In this document: positions 48,757-60,417 of the stretch, in pieces
How positions within the stretch are numbered: position 1 is the stretch's first letter
Layout of the letters: every line of letters begins with the position of its first letter
Assembly (NCBI GenBank): GCA_964016885.1
Contig: OZ024742.1
Coordinates: forward strand, 148,304,001-148,368,000
DNA length: 64,000 nt
Direction of reading: 5' to 3'
Source of the DNA: Eledone cirrhosa
Lineage: Eukaryota
The notes under the pieces: model-generated
What the model was told of the DNA's origin: nothing
Seen by the model: only the letters and a program-made list of their open reading frames with translations
The model's database searches: none
Translations under genes and position numbers: made by a program

Positions 48757-49304
48757 AAAATAATGATTAATCTTAAGAATGTTTGTGAAGATTGATATAT
48801 AGACACATGAATTTAGTATATCACTGGAACTTCCGTGAATCAGTTGCTATCTTATTAGAAGTATTGCTATCTTATTAGAAGTCTTTATTGAAGATTACTT
48901 CTTGTTTAGCGTCGGCTACACGTCTGAGGAGGGAGCCCAGAGAGGTTGAGTGGCTTTGCAGCGGGTGTCACTGACCATCGTCCGGGAGAATGCTTTTGCC
49001 ATCTTGTCAGCGGGGCGCAGCACTTCTGTCGTCTTGCCCCTTCACCTCTCCCCTCTCTTCTGCGATACCAGAGCTCTTACCTCCCCCCTCCCCTCCCGAT
49101 CTTTTCTTCTTCCTTTCTCTCCTCTTTTTTTTAAATATCTATATATTTTTCTATATTTCCCTATTCTTTCTTTTCTTTTGTTTCCTCTTCTTTTTTATTA
49201 CTTCTACATCGAAAATAAACACATCGATATCAAAATTGATTTTGCTTCCCGTTTGTGATCGTATATGTGAGTATGTTTGTCCATGTATGATTGCATATTC
49301 ATTA

Positions 49305-49627
49305 AGTAACGTTGTTATTGTTCGACTGCTATCGTTTCCGACGATGACTGTTCCAGTTGATTCAAACAACAGAACTGCCTGCTCGTGAAATTAACTTGTA
49401 AGTAACTGAGTATTCCACAGAGATGTGCATCTTTAACGTAGTTCCCAAGGAGATAAAGTGCGACACAGTTCGGGACAAGTCAGGACCCTTGTATTATAGG
49501 TGCAACTAATTTTGCCAGCATTGTGAAATAAATCGTCTTGCACAAGAACACAACGCACTGCCCAGTCCGCGTATCGAACACATGGCATTACGATCGTAAG
49601 CCAAACACCCTGACCATTAAGCCACAC
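49305..49627 (-). mobile_element. tRNA-derived SINE, family 3
   Basis: The - strand head is GTGTGGCTTAATGGTCAGGGTG...GTTCGATACGC, followed by GTGTTCTTGTGCAAGAC, similar to family 2, but with a different tail. Confidence 0.7.
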
Positions 49628-50902
49628 TTAACCACGCGTAAAGCGCAATAAATACCACTTATTTCAAATGTAGTCCGTTTGGGATGTTTTATTGTGTTTC
49701 CGAATAAAGCCTTTCATTTAACTCTATCATTGCTCCACTTTTGTAAGGTATTAACGGACTGTACTAGCGGAAATTCTTTCTCATTGACATAATGCTATGG
49801 GAACTAAACTGTTGTAACGTATACTATATATGTTAATTCAGTTTTTGTATTTAGTTATAAGCCAATCCGTACAGAAATTTAGCTCGATATTCGGATTGAC
49901 CAAGTAAAATGCTTTCGATGGCGTATATTGATTTGATGATTTGATTGCTTGCATTAGTGTCTTCATGTGTTCAGTTATAACGGTGCCATATCTGGCTGTT
50001 TGCTCCTCAATACATGTGGGTAAAATGCAGAAATTTATTTTCTACGTAGAAAAGTGGAAGCCTTGTGGAGAACATGAATGTCTAGCATAGTTTTATGTAA
50101 GCCAGGTTGAGAGAATATTGTTGTAAAATGTGGTCTCCAACTACAACACGCCTCCAACAGCCCAAAGTCAGCAGCTAGGAAACTGCAAGCCTGCCCAGCT
50201 TGCCAACTTGCTTAGAATGGAAGAAATAGAGACACCAGACTGGATATCTTGTGTAATGTTGTTCTCCACTGCCCGGGTTTACACCGACTGCATTCGCTGC
50301 CAACCATACACCAACTCTCTGCATTGGCAACTCCACCGGTTTAAATAATCGACCTCCTGTAAGACGCACAAAACACCCGTACATCATGCTTCAAATCAGT
50401 CACGTGATTCATTGTTCGTTTTTCCTCTCTTTCTTTTGTAAATCTGGGGAAAAGTGTTACGAATTCGAGTGATACAATCTCCTTCGTAACAATATATTTG
50501 TTTGTCATTGGGCGCCATGTTTGATAAGTTTCATGTTAGTTAGTCTAAATTGGGTGATTTAAGTGCATGTAGTTTGGTGTGTATGCAGGAGGAGGAGGGG
50601 GGGGGCAAATTTAGTTTATGGGGTATGTATACAGAGACGGATGGGAGAATATTTGTAAAAGAACGGAGGAATATATGTGTATAGAAAGAATTTATTGTTT
50701 AGAAAAAATCAATTTGGGGTTTAGCTTTCAAAATTTAATTGTATTCTGATGAATGTCAAGCGTGACTAGTTAAGTTCGAAAGTCTGGTTGTGGTAGCTAG
50801 AGGATTTAAATAAAGGTGTCTGCTGTTGTTGGCGGTGTATTTGCGTTGGGGTTATAATAAATATCTAAAGCCTGAGGTGAGTAGATGATTATTATGGCGG
50901 TG

Positions 50903-51245
50903 CAGAGGTTCTCAAACTGGGCGCTAACGCTCCTTGGGGGCGTTGAGAAGGTCCTAAGGGGCACTGGGGCCTAAGAGGTCGGTGGGGTTCGGTATAGATT
51001 ATATTATAGCATATTAGATATCAAATGATACATATATATAAATATAGTAAAATAAAAAAAAGGTATATTTATTTATACATAGTATATATAGTATTATTTA
51101 TTATATATCAATTAACGATTTTATTTATTATATATTATTTACAATTTGCATGTAGGCAGGTCTCTCTGGCAATAGGATCGGGGAGCGTTGAGGGTATTAC
51201 CTGGTCGTGAGGGGGCGCTGGCCCCCAAAGGTTTAAGAACCTCTT
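50903..51245. mobile_element. hAT-type non-autonomous DNA transposon (MITE)
   Basis: TIRs CAGAGGTTCTCAAAC / GTTTAAGAACCTCT(T). 8-bp TSD TGGCGGTG / TGGTGGTG (7 of 8 match). Confidence 0.85.
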
Positions 51246-51453
51246 TGGTGGTGGGATTTATGTACAAAGGTTTAAGACTTTGTCTATATGCAATGAATGT
51301 TTATTTACAGTGGTTCTGAAGTTATGTTACTGCAGGTAATTTGCTATTAATAGTAAAATATAGTTTTATATGTATTTGGTTTTGTTCATTTATCAAATTG
51401 GTTTCACTTTACTAGTGAGTGCTGATGAATAATTATTTTGGTGTTTTAGTTAT

Positions 51454-51800
<347 letters not shown>

Positions 51801-51805
51801 TATAT

Positions 51806-51954
51806 ATAGGAAAAAGTAAGACCCCGACGGCAGAGCTCAAGCCGTTTCGACGGCTATTTCTGGACTTTTTTCTATTTCCCACTCTACTACCCTAAGTATT
51901 GAGTACTCGCGTGCGTTATGGTCCATCTGGTTCCTTAACACAATTCCTTTGTTA
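51806..51954 (+). mobile_element. Miniature relic of the Naiad-like PLE (inverted pLTR piece + sense tail) within (TA)n
   Basis: 51806-51866 matches 55930-55990 in the same orientation. 51872-51954 matches the reverse complement of ~55850-55933 with several mismatches. Confidence 0.88.
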
Positions 51955-51990
51955 TATATATATATATATACACATATATATATACATATG

Positions 51991-52041
<51 letters not shown>

Positions 52042-52042
52042 G

Positions 52043-52129
<87 letters not shown>

Positions 52130-52149
52130 TATATATGTATATGTGTGTG

Positions 52150-52225
<76 letters not shown>

Positions 52226-52346
52226 GTATGTATGTGCGTGTGTATACGTCTACGTGTATGAATGCATATATGTATATATATATATATATATGTTAACGAG
52301 TATATCGAAAAGATAATCAGTATAGCTCCCGGTCATTCGAAATATA

Positions 52347-52427
<81 letters not shown>

Positions 52428-52428
52428 A
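51955..52428. repeat. Interrupted (TA)n microsatellite tract
   Basis: Direct reading. Confidence 0.95.
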
Positions 52429-52586
52429 GAGGCTATATTTAATTTGCTGGGATACAACAAGCAAAATATTTTTATAACTGATATAAAGCACTGAACAAAT
52501 TATTGGAGTAAATATACAATATATTAACAAATGGAAACTGTATTTATAAAACCATATTTATTTCATTATACATATTTCAAGGGCCA

Positions 52587-54155
52587 TTATACACAGTGAT
52601 CCCGGACATGACTGCAGCCCAGATCGAAAAACAGACCAACTCCATTTGGTTCGATATCTGTAGGAGAAGACAACTCCCAAATAAAGTTAAGCTCAACTAC
52701 CCCACTAGAAATAGCAGACTGCCCACTTTCTACCACCTCATCAAGACCCACAAGAATAGTACTAAGACCCAAATAAGACCCATCGTCTCTAGCATAGAAG
52801 GACCCCTATACAAAATTTCCTGGCTTCTCTCCTAGGTCCTCAAGCCTCTACTCTCCACCTTCCCCGGGCATGTCAGTAGCTCCGACGAAGTTATACGTAG
52901 ACTACACCAACTCCAGCCAGAACAACTTAAACTAAATAAATACGCTTTTAACCTCGACGTTGTCTCCCTCTACACTACAGTCCCCGCTCATCCAGCTGTC
53001 GATTTATTGACGGACTGCGTGGTCGCAGAGGACATCCACTGCTACGGCCTCCACCCGACGGACATACACCAGCTTTTGTCCTTCACAGTAGACAACACGT
53101 ACTTCACCTTCCACCACCACACATACAGACAGACAACAGGATTACCCATGGGATCCAGCCTATCGGGCCTGCTGGCCATCACCTACATGAACCAGCTAGA
53201 ATGCCGAGCCCTCAACACCTGCCATTCCCATGCCTTCTTCACCCGATATGTAGATGACATACTCATCCTTACATCATCCCGTGAGGAGGCAGAGAAAATA
53301 TACTCAACATTCTCCAGCATGGACGCCAGTATAAAGTTCAGCATGGAACACCCCGATGACCGCGGATCCCTATCCCTACTGGACTTCCAACTCAGGGTAA
53401 CAGAGGAAGGCAACATCCACACCTGCTTCTATAAAAAATCCGCCAGCAGGGACCTGTTCGTACATTTCAGATCGGCCCTCCCACTCGGTGCCAAGTTCGG
53501 ATACATAAGGAACGAACTGGCACGTATCAAGAACAAATGCACCGACGCTAGAGACCGAGACACACACACCACACATTTCCTGGAAGTACTCAAACTGAAC
53601 GGATACACGACATCCACCACAAACCGTGCCAGAAAGAACAGAGGACACCACACCCGAGGCACTAACACTTGCTTCCTGAAGCTCCCACACTTCAGTGAAG
53701 AAACAACAACAGCCATCCGCAGAGCCATCAGACGAGAGGGACTGGATATCCAACTGGCCCACTCGGGTCCTTCTCTGCGCGGACGGCTGGCCAACAGACA
53801 CCCCACCAGACATGACAACTGCTGCAGACTAGCCAACTGCCCCATCAACGACACAGATCTATGCCACCAGGCTTACGTAGTATACAGACTAGAGTGTGAC
53901 AAATGCAACAACTTCTACGTAGGTAGCACCACCAGACCACTCCACATAAGAATAAAAGAACACCTCAATACTAACGCTTCCTCATTTAAGAAACACCTAG
54001 TTAAATGCAAAAACACCGATAAAACCATAACAGTTAGGATAGAAACTAAGGAAAGAAACCTCGGCAATCTTAGAATTAAGGAAGCACTAATTATAGATAA
54101 AACACAACCACCAATCAATAATAGACTAGAACTCAACACCCAATTTATAACCTGA
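52587..54155 (+). pseudogene. 5'-truncated Penelope-like retroelement ORF (reverse transcriptase + GIY-YIG endonuclease) with one in-frame stop
   Basis: ORFs 52596-52835 and 53007-54155 share a frame and are separated only by TAG at 52833-52835. Motifs: KTHK..RPIVS, LDVVSLYT, GLPMGSSLS, RYVDD, LSLLDF, a Cys-rich linker, and VVYRLEC...FYVGSTTRPLHIRIKEH. Confidence 0.93.
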
Positions 54156-54519
54156 TAGGGCCTCTAGCCACTTATTTACACCCCCCACACACACACACGC
54201 TTACACCTCCACTTATTCTCTCACACATACACACACAAAACCAGTTCTAACACCAGATAACACCTACCCCCCACATTTACGAATAGACCTATCTTCCCAC
54301 ACTCACACACACATACCTACACCTTCATGCATTCTCCCACACACTTATACAGGCATGTATATAAAATAAAAACAAAAAAACCCTAAACAAACCCCCTTTA
54401 AAGGGAGACTACTCTTTATCCACCTAATTTTAATTCTTTGATATTAGAGATAGAACAGATACTCTATACTATTTCCTGTCAGCATGGCTTGGCTAGATAT
54501 TTAAAGCGCTGGTTTGAGA

Positions 54520-54590
54520 CCTTTATTTCCCTCCGAAGAAGAGATATTATCTCGAAAATTAAGAACATTTTAATAAATTCAAGGTAAAGG
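54520..54590 (+). ncRNA. Degenerate type I hammerhead-like motif in the PLE1 3' end
   Basis: CCTTTA..CCCT-CCGAAGA-A-GAGATA/TATCTC-GAAA-ATT...AAT-TC-AAGGTAAAGG. The core has U4->C and stems I and III are imperfect. Confidence 0.55.
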
Positions 54591-54678
54591 ACGAATTATC
54601 AACAACATCTTTTACAATTGCGTTCTTTTTTCTATGTCCATATCTGCATTGTTTTGGCTTTATTACACATATTCAAAC

Positions 54679-54719
<41 letters not shown>

Positions 54720-54856
54720 GTCAATACTCATCTTTTTCCATTTATCTGGGGGTTCTAAACCCCGTTATCAAGCTAAAGTTCCTTTAGTCAAAAATACGGT
54801 GAAAGCTATATATTTTCTAATTTCAAACTCGCTCACTGTTTCAAAACATACTTACT

Positions 54857-54935
<79 letters not shown>

Positions 54936-55013
54936 TATATACATACATACACATACACTTACATGCAAGTAGACAAACCTATAGACGTGCATATATATAT
55001 GCAAGTACATACA

Positions 55014-55055
<42 letters not shown>

Positions 55056-55178
55056 TGTGTTTATATATGAGTTCATACATTATGAGCATTCAACTTCCCC
55101 CACCAAAAAATAACATACAGAATGGTTGCATTTTTTAAGGGTATGTCAATATTTAGTTATAAAACTAACCTATATTAT

Positions 55179-55242
55179 ATTTTATCTGATGAAAGCGCAC
55201 CATAGTTTGCTCTGGTGGCCCTTGAAATATGTATAATGAAAT
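55179..55242 (+). ncRNA. Minimal type I hammerhead ribozyme (PLE-type)
   Basis: ATTTTAT-CTGATGA-stem II (AAGCGCACCA/TGGTGGCCCTT)-GAAA-TATGTA-TA-ATGAAAT. Predicted cut after 55235. Confidence 0.75.
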
Positions 55243-55277
55243 AAATATGGTTTTATAAATATAGTTTCCATTTGTTA

Positions 55278-55309
<32 letters not shown>

Positions 55310-55630
55310 GTAATAATAATAAAATTGAAGACTAAAATCCAAAGAGGGCTCCACATATGACTTATTATCTTCGTTTTTTCGTTCATTGCCAGAGAACGTC
55401 TCTATGCACCACCTAAGAGAACATTAGTCTACGACCTCTTTTATACCATAAACGTGGTTCTGTCTTTGCGCGTAATTGTTTTTCACCGCTCCTATTAATG
55501 ACGTATTATTTGTTTTTTCCCGTTCTTTGCCAGCGAACGTTACCATGAACCAAAGTATCGTCTTCCTGTCTTCCTCCGGTTGCAACGTTTTTTGAAATAT
55601 CCAGTTCTGCGTTTACAGATTGACTTTGTT

Positions 55631-55681
55631 AGTTTCAGAAGATCCCGTTATGGGTGAAAGCACCGATTCTTTGCTTAAACT
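55631..55681 (+). ncRNA. Degenerate type I hammerhead-like motif
   Basis: AGTTT-CAGAAGA-TCCC/GGGT-GAAA-GCA...TGC-TT-AAACT. Stems I and III are perfect, the core has U4->A, and (TA)n starts ~20 nt downstream. Confidence 0.6.
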
Positions 55682-55697
55682 TTAATCTGTTATTTTA

Positions 55698-55763
<66 letters not shown>

Positions 55764-55784
55764 ATGTATTTATATATGTATTTA

Positions 55785-55853
<69 letters not shown>

Positions 55854-55944
55854 CGAAGGAAATGTGGTAAGGAACCAGGTGGACCATAACGCACCAAAGT
55901 ACTCAATACTTGAGGTAGTAGAGTGGGTAATAGGAACCAGTAAG

Positions 55945-56038
55945 ACCCCGACAGCTGAGCTCAAGCCGTTTCGACGGCTAATTCTGGACTAAATGAAAAT
56001 TTATCCTGGTATTTAAATAGCCGATCTTCTCAAGGGGT
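55945..56038 (-). ncRNA. Type I hammerhead ribozyme, U3-A8 core variant (3' pLTR of PLE2)
   Basis: On the - strand: ACCCC-TTGAGAA-GA(T)CGGCTA...TAGCCGTC-GAAA-CGGCT..AGCTG-TC-GGGGT, with a canonical GUC cleavage triplet. Confidence 0.8.
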
Positions 56039-57142
56039 AATTCCATATATGGTCAAAGTGATTGTCAAAAATCAGTAGTAATTCTGTGGTTGCAAATTAG
56101 TAGGGGAGATGGTGGCTAAACCTGCCAGTAGGAGAAAGAGGGGAGGGGGTGGAGTAGCCCCAATCAAGCGTTGGTAGTGCCAGCTACAGCTGGGCATGAG
56201 GTCAAAGAAGATACAGGGGAGGGGGAGGGGGAGGGGGAGGAAGTCGGAACGGTAGGTAGAACAATGGGGGTAGAAATATATAGGAAAGAAAAAATACTGA
56301 GAGTGAAGAAAAGCAAATAAGTGTAAAGAAAAAAGTAAAGTAAATTAAATTCTACGACCTAGGTCTCAGGCTATTGTTAGGCTAGAATAAAATAAATAAA
56401 GAAAGAAAGAAGTAAAGAAATAAATAAATAAAGAAATAACGAAATAAGTAAAAGAACTAGGTGGGACGGATAAGGCAAGGACCCTTTTAAGAGGTATAAG
56501 TACGTAAATGATACGGTGACGGGTCAACAAAAGGGGCCAAAATGCTAAAGAGACTACCACGAAATAAACAATAAAGGTTTCCATCCCGGGCCAGCAACGA
56601 CCCAGTGCAGCAAAGTGAACTTGTACGAGATAATAATTCTGAGTCCCGAGAAAAATATATACTAATGCTAACTCTAAAAGATCTAAAACAAGCTACATGA
56701 AAGTTCGTACGAAATAAAGGTAGAATACGGAGAAATAAATTCAGAATCCACCCCGCCCAGAAGAAAAGCGAAGCAAGAAATACTGAAACGAAAAAATAAG
56801 GCATAAGTGCCACTAAGAAATATAGAGGGCACAGAGAATAGTGGGAGCGGTCGGAAAAAGGGGGCAAGTATCCGGGGTCTAAGCCAACTGCTATAAAGGG
56901 CGGAGTCCGCCAAATCTATCATAGACTAGGGGAGGGGGTGGTGGGGGTACTAAGGCTACATGGGGCCAAAGGGCAGCCTCGGGTGGGCGAGAAAAGACGC
57001 CGACAAAGGAGAAGAGCTGGGGTAGAAGGACTAAGGAGAGAGGGGGGAAGGAAATAAAGGAAGCGATAAAAGAATACAAAGAAGATCTTACGTCTTCCTT
57101 GGCAAGCAGGGGTTACCCATTGCAAAATCGGCAAGTGGGGTG

Positions 57143-58483
57143 TTATAGCCCTAGTCTACCCCCCCCCCCCGGGTCATTATGGGGTTTGAGGGCGAGGTAA
57201 GTCCTACGCAATCTATGTTTACATGCAGTAACCAGTTCATCTTTCTTGTTTAGGAGTTGGTCCGTCGAAAACAGCATTTGTAAAGTTTCCTCCGAGCATA
57301 AATTGCACGGACGGCGTCCTCCCGTGTAAGAATTGGCTCTGGACAGTAATCTCCAAGTGAGATCATAGGTGATGTTGTTGTCCTTGAGGTCCCATATGTG
57401 GCCCGAAAGTGTAGTGGCGTGACGCCGGGCCGGGTTTCGGAAGGTATGTCTATGTTGGTATAGCCGGGTCTTGAAGTCACATGCGGTAAGTCCTATATAG
57501 GCTTTGTTGGAGGTATCCGTCCTCACGTTGCACTGGTAGATCACATTACGGTCTCTGCATCTATTGTCGAGTGGGCAAATAGATCTATCCGGGCAGTTAC
57601 ACCTCCTGGTCGGTTCTCCACTGCTATTTAGGTTATTTCTGCCATCGGGGTTGAGTTTTTTGTTGTTAGAGGAGACGATGTTTTGTGCGAAGTTTGGTGT
57701 AGTGCTGTAAGAGAGTTTGATGGTATTTTTGTTAATTATGTTGTGGTAGCGGTGTTGTAATGGGAAGTGTTTTTCAATGAGCCTAAAGAATAGTTTCCCG
57801 ATGGGAGTTGTCACCTCTGCGTTGTGGGGAGGATTGAACCATGTTACATTGCGTGAGCGGCGGTGTCTCCTGCTGGTTCCGCTAATGGGAGCTGGACAGT
57901 AGGATATTTCCTCCCGGAAACCACTCCGCTTGAGGGCCTGGTTGTAATAAGGCGCATGTTCATCGAATATCCGCTCATTAGCTGACAAACGGGATATGCG
58001 GAGGGAGATGTTTTTGACCAGGTTGTTTGTGATGTTCCTAGGATGGTTTGATCGGCGGTGGATGTAGTGCAGATTGTCATTAGGTTTCCTGTATGGGTAG
58101 TACAGGTCGTTTTCGAGGTCGAGGGTCACGTCCAGGAAGTTTACTCGGGTCAGGGACGTTTGTAGGGTTATTTTAAATCCCCAGTCGCGGAAGAATCTGA
58201 TTAATTGTTTCCGGACCCGATCTGTACTACTGGGGTTGTACCCTTTAAGGGTAAGGAGCCCATCATCACGGTACAATCCACCACCGAATGCAGGAAACAT
58301 ATCAGTGAGTTTGGCTATTAGGAATAATCCTATAAGATCTGTGACCTCCGCCGAATCCGTGGCGCCCATGCTGACGTCGAAGGGTGAGTCGGGAGTTCTT
58401 TTTATCCATTTAGAGTCGTCAAAGAGTAAGACTGTCTTCCTGGCGTGGAGGATGATTTTTCTTTCCTGGTCGGTGATGGACAC
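57143..58483 (-). CDS. Penelope-like (Naiad-like) RT C-terminal part + Cys-rich linker + GIY-YIG endonuclease, N-terminally truncated
   Basis: Motifs FDVSMGATDSAEV, GLYRDDGL, VNFLDVTLDL, YRKPND..YIH..SNHP, WFNPP, CNC..CPL..C, and VIYQC...YIGLT..FKTRLYQH. No stops or frameshifts. The clade name is from my recollection of the motifs. Confidence 0.9.
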   Translation of the reverse strand: MSITDQERKIILHARKTVLLFDDSKWIKRTPDSPFDVSMGATDSAEVTDLIGLFLIAKLTDMFPAFGGGLYRDDGLLTLKGYNPSSTDRVRKQLIRFFRDWGFKITLQTSLTRVNFLDVTLDLENDLYYPYRKPNDNLHYIHRRSNHPRNITNNLVKNISLRISRLSANERIFDEHAPYYNQALKRSGFREEISYCPAPISGTSRRHRRSRNVTWFNPPHNAEVTTPIGKLFFRLIEKHFPLQHRYHNIINKNTIKLSYSTTPNFAQNIVSSNNKKLNPDGRNNLNSSGEPTRRCNCPDRSICPLDNRCRDRNVIYQCNVRTDTSNKAYIGLTACDFKTRLYQHRHTFRNPARRHATTLSGHIWDLKDNNITYDLTWRLLSRANSYTGGRRPCNLCSEETLQMLFSTDQLLNKKDELVTACKHRLRRTYLALKPHNDPGGGGRLGL

Positions 58484-58485
58484 AA

Positions 58486-59070
58486 GTCACCGTATCATTT
58501 ACGTACTTATACCTCTTAAAAGGATCCTTGCCTCTTCCGTCCCACCTAGTTCTTTTACTTATTTCGTTATTTCTTTATTTATTTATTTCTTTACTTCTTT
58601 CTTTCTTTCTTTATTTTATTCTAGCCTAACAATAGCCTGAGACCTAGGTCGTAGAATTTAATTTACTTTACTTTTTTCTTTACACTTATTTGCTTTTCTT
58701 CACTCTCAGTATTTTTTCTTTCCTATATATTTCTACCCCCCATTGTTCTACCTACCGTTCCGACTTCCTCCCCCTCCCCCTCCCCTGTATCTTCTTTGAC
58801 CTCATGCCCAGCTGTAGCTGGCACTACCAACGCTTGATTGGGTCTACTCCACCCCTCCCCTCTTTCTCCTACTGGCAGGTTTAGCCACCATCTCCCCTAC
58901 TAATTTGCAACCACAGAATTACTACTGATTTTTGACAATCACTTTGACCATATATGGAATTACCCCTTGAGAAGATCGGCTATTTAAATACCAGGATAAA
59001 TTTTCATTTAGTCCAGAATTAGCCGTCGAAACGGCTTGAGCTCAGCTGTCGGGGTCTTACTGGTTCCTAT
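58486..59070 (+). repeat. Inverted pLTR copy of PLE2
   Basis: Reverse complement of 55930-56520 with a few substitutions and one indel in the (GGGGGA)n run. Confidence 0.96.
58962..59055 (+). ncRNA. Type I hammerhead ribozyme, U3-A8 core variant (inverted pLTR)
   Basis: Same motif as 55945-56038 on the opposite strand. GTC at 59048-59050. Confidence 0.8.
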
Positions 59071-59319
59071 ATATATATATATGTATTTATATATGTATTT
59101 ATGTACATATATATGTTTGATGGTATATATATGGCCAGTTGATGAGCAATCAATGCTTTTACATGAATATTCAGTATCAAAAGTGGAGATTAATACCAAC
59201 ATCTGTTACTTATTGATCTATGATGTAGAACGTTTATATTAAGAAAGTGAGATCAAAATTTCAGTTCAACATATCGATTTAAAAAAGTGACGTACATATT
59301 CTGATTCTAATCTTCATTG

Positions 59320-59416
59320 TCTCTGACGAGCAATTCAATCGCAGAGTCGAGCTGAATGTAACCGATTAATGCTCCAAACTAGTCATTTGCGAAACACCTG
59401 TTACGTGTGATTAAGA
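59320..59416 (+). ncRNA. Decayed hammerhead-like motif
   Basis: CTGACGA-GCAA...TTGC-GAAA-CAC...GTG-T. Position 17 is G and stem I is poor, so it is probably inactive. Confidence 0.4.
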
Positions 59417-59571
59417 ATAAAATATGTTGAACTGAAACTTCGATTCTCTTTCTAATATATTTATTAATGTATAAAGTAGTGTAATTAATAGGAAACATTG
59501 TGAGATGTGTAATAAAAGACCGATACAATGCGATAGAAAAATACAAAGAGCAAATGATGACAAATAAACAA

Positions 59572-60228
59572 AGAACTTTCTCGCATTCGTATTCGTCTGT
59601 GGCGATTGTCAAACTGATCTGAAGTTATAAAGTGTTGGTGTATATATAAAGGATTTTGGTATGTGTCTAGGGAAGTGTTAATGAGGTGTAATGTACTTTG
59701 TTTTTATTTTATTTTCATTAAAAGACATCTATATTATACCTCATTAACACTTCCGCACACACACACCCAAATTAATTTTCTGTTCATATAAACCAACAAA
59801 ACTTTAAACACTCATTGACTTTGTTTTTTTATTTTATTTTATCCTATTCCTTTACTAAATGCCACTTAGAGAAATTTGACCTGTATGACCCCTTCCAAAC
59901 CAACAACAACATCTCTCAAAAAAACAAAAACAAAAAAAAAAAACTCATTAACTTTGTTTTATACTTTGATTTTTATCTTATTTCTTTCCCAAAGGTAATT
60001 TAGGTAAATCTGACCATCGCAATGTCTCCTCACCCCCAACACCTCCCAATACTACCATCTCGATTTTTCTCTCCGTTTTATAATTATTTTTTATTTTTAA
60101 TCAAAAGGTGACATGTACTTTACACCCCAACACTTCCCCAGACACACCCAAATTCTTTATATATTCACCAACACGTTATAACTTCAGATCAGTTTGACAG
60201 TCGCCATTGCCGAATGCGAGGAAGTTCT
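59572..60228. mobile_element. Non-autonomous element with ~120-bp diverged terminal inverted repeats (MITE/fold-back)
   Basis: TGGCGATTGTCAAACTGATCTGAAGTTATAA vs TTATAACTTCAGATCAGTTTGACAGTCGCCA. Termini AGAACTTTCTCGCATTCG / CGAATGCGAGGAAGTTCT. No clear TSD. Confidence 0.75.
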
Positions 60229-60417
60229 GCAGAAAGTTAACTAGGTTTAAACAAAAACTTATTAGATCTACATAGTAAAATTGTAAAATTGTAAAAATTA
60301 TAAAATTATAAAATTAAATTGTTATAGAATTCCAGCTACATTCTTTTCCTTTTCTTCAAAGATACCTTACTGTACCAAGGATTGCATGTATTTTCCAATA
60401 TATATATACATATATAT

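Larger units (their letters stand above)
52587..54680 (+). mobile_element. Penelope-like element 1 (ORF + 3' UTR/pLTR ending in (TA)n)
   Basis: The ORF above is followed by a CA-rich UTR, a hammerhead-like motif and then (TA)n at ~54682. Confidence 0.85.
55851..59070 (-). mobile_element. Penelope-like element 2 (Naiad-like), 5'-truncated with inverted 5' pLTR
   Basis: RT+GIY-YIG ORF and a 1.3-kb 3' UTR. Inverted repeat 55930-56520 vs 58486-59070. (TA)n at both ends. Flanking direct repeat TATGTATTTATATATGTATTTATGTACATATATAT at ~55763-55797 and ~59080-59114. Confidence 0.93.

Noticed and set aside
50130-50345. CPAC...VLHCP peptide resembling a LINE C-terminal zinc knuckle
   Set aside because: Too short and degenerate, with a stop and atypical spacing.
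53183-54139. Antisense ORFs over the PLE1 coding region
   Set aside because: They are shadow ORFs with no motifs.
57143-58483. Selenoprotein-type Naiad
   Set aside because: There is no in-frame TGA in the preserved ORF.
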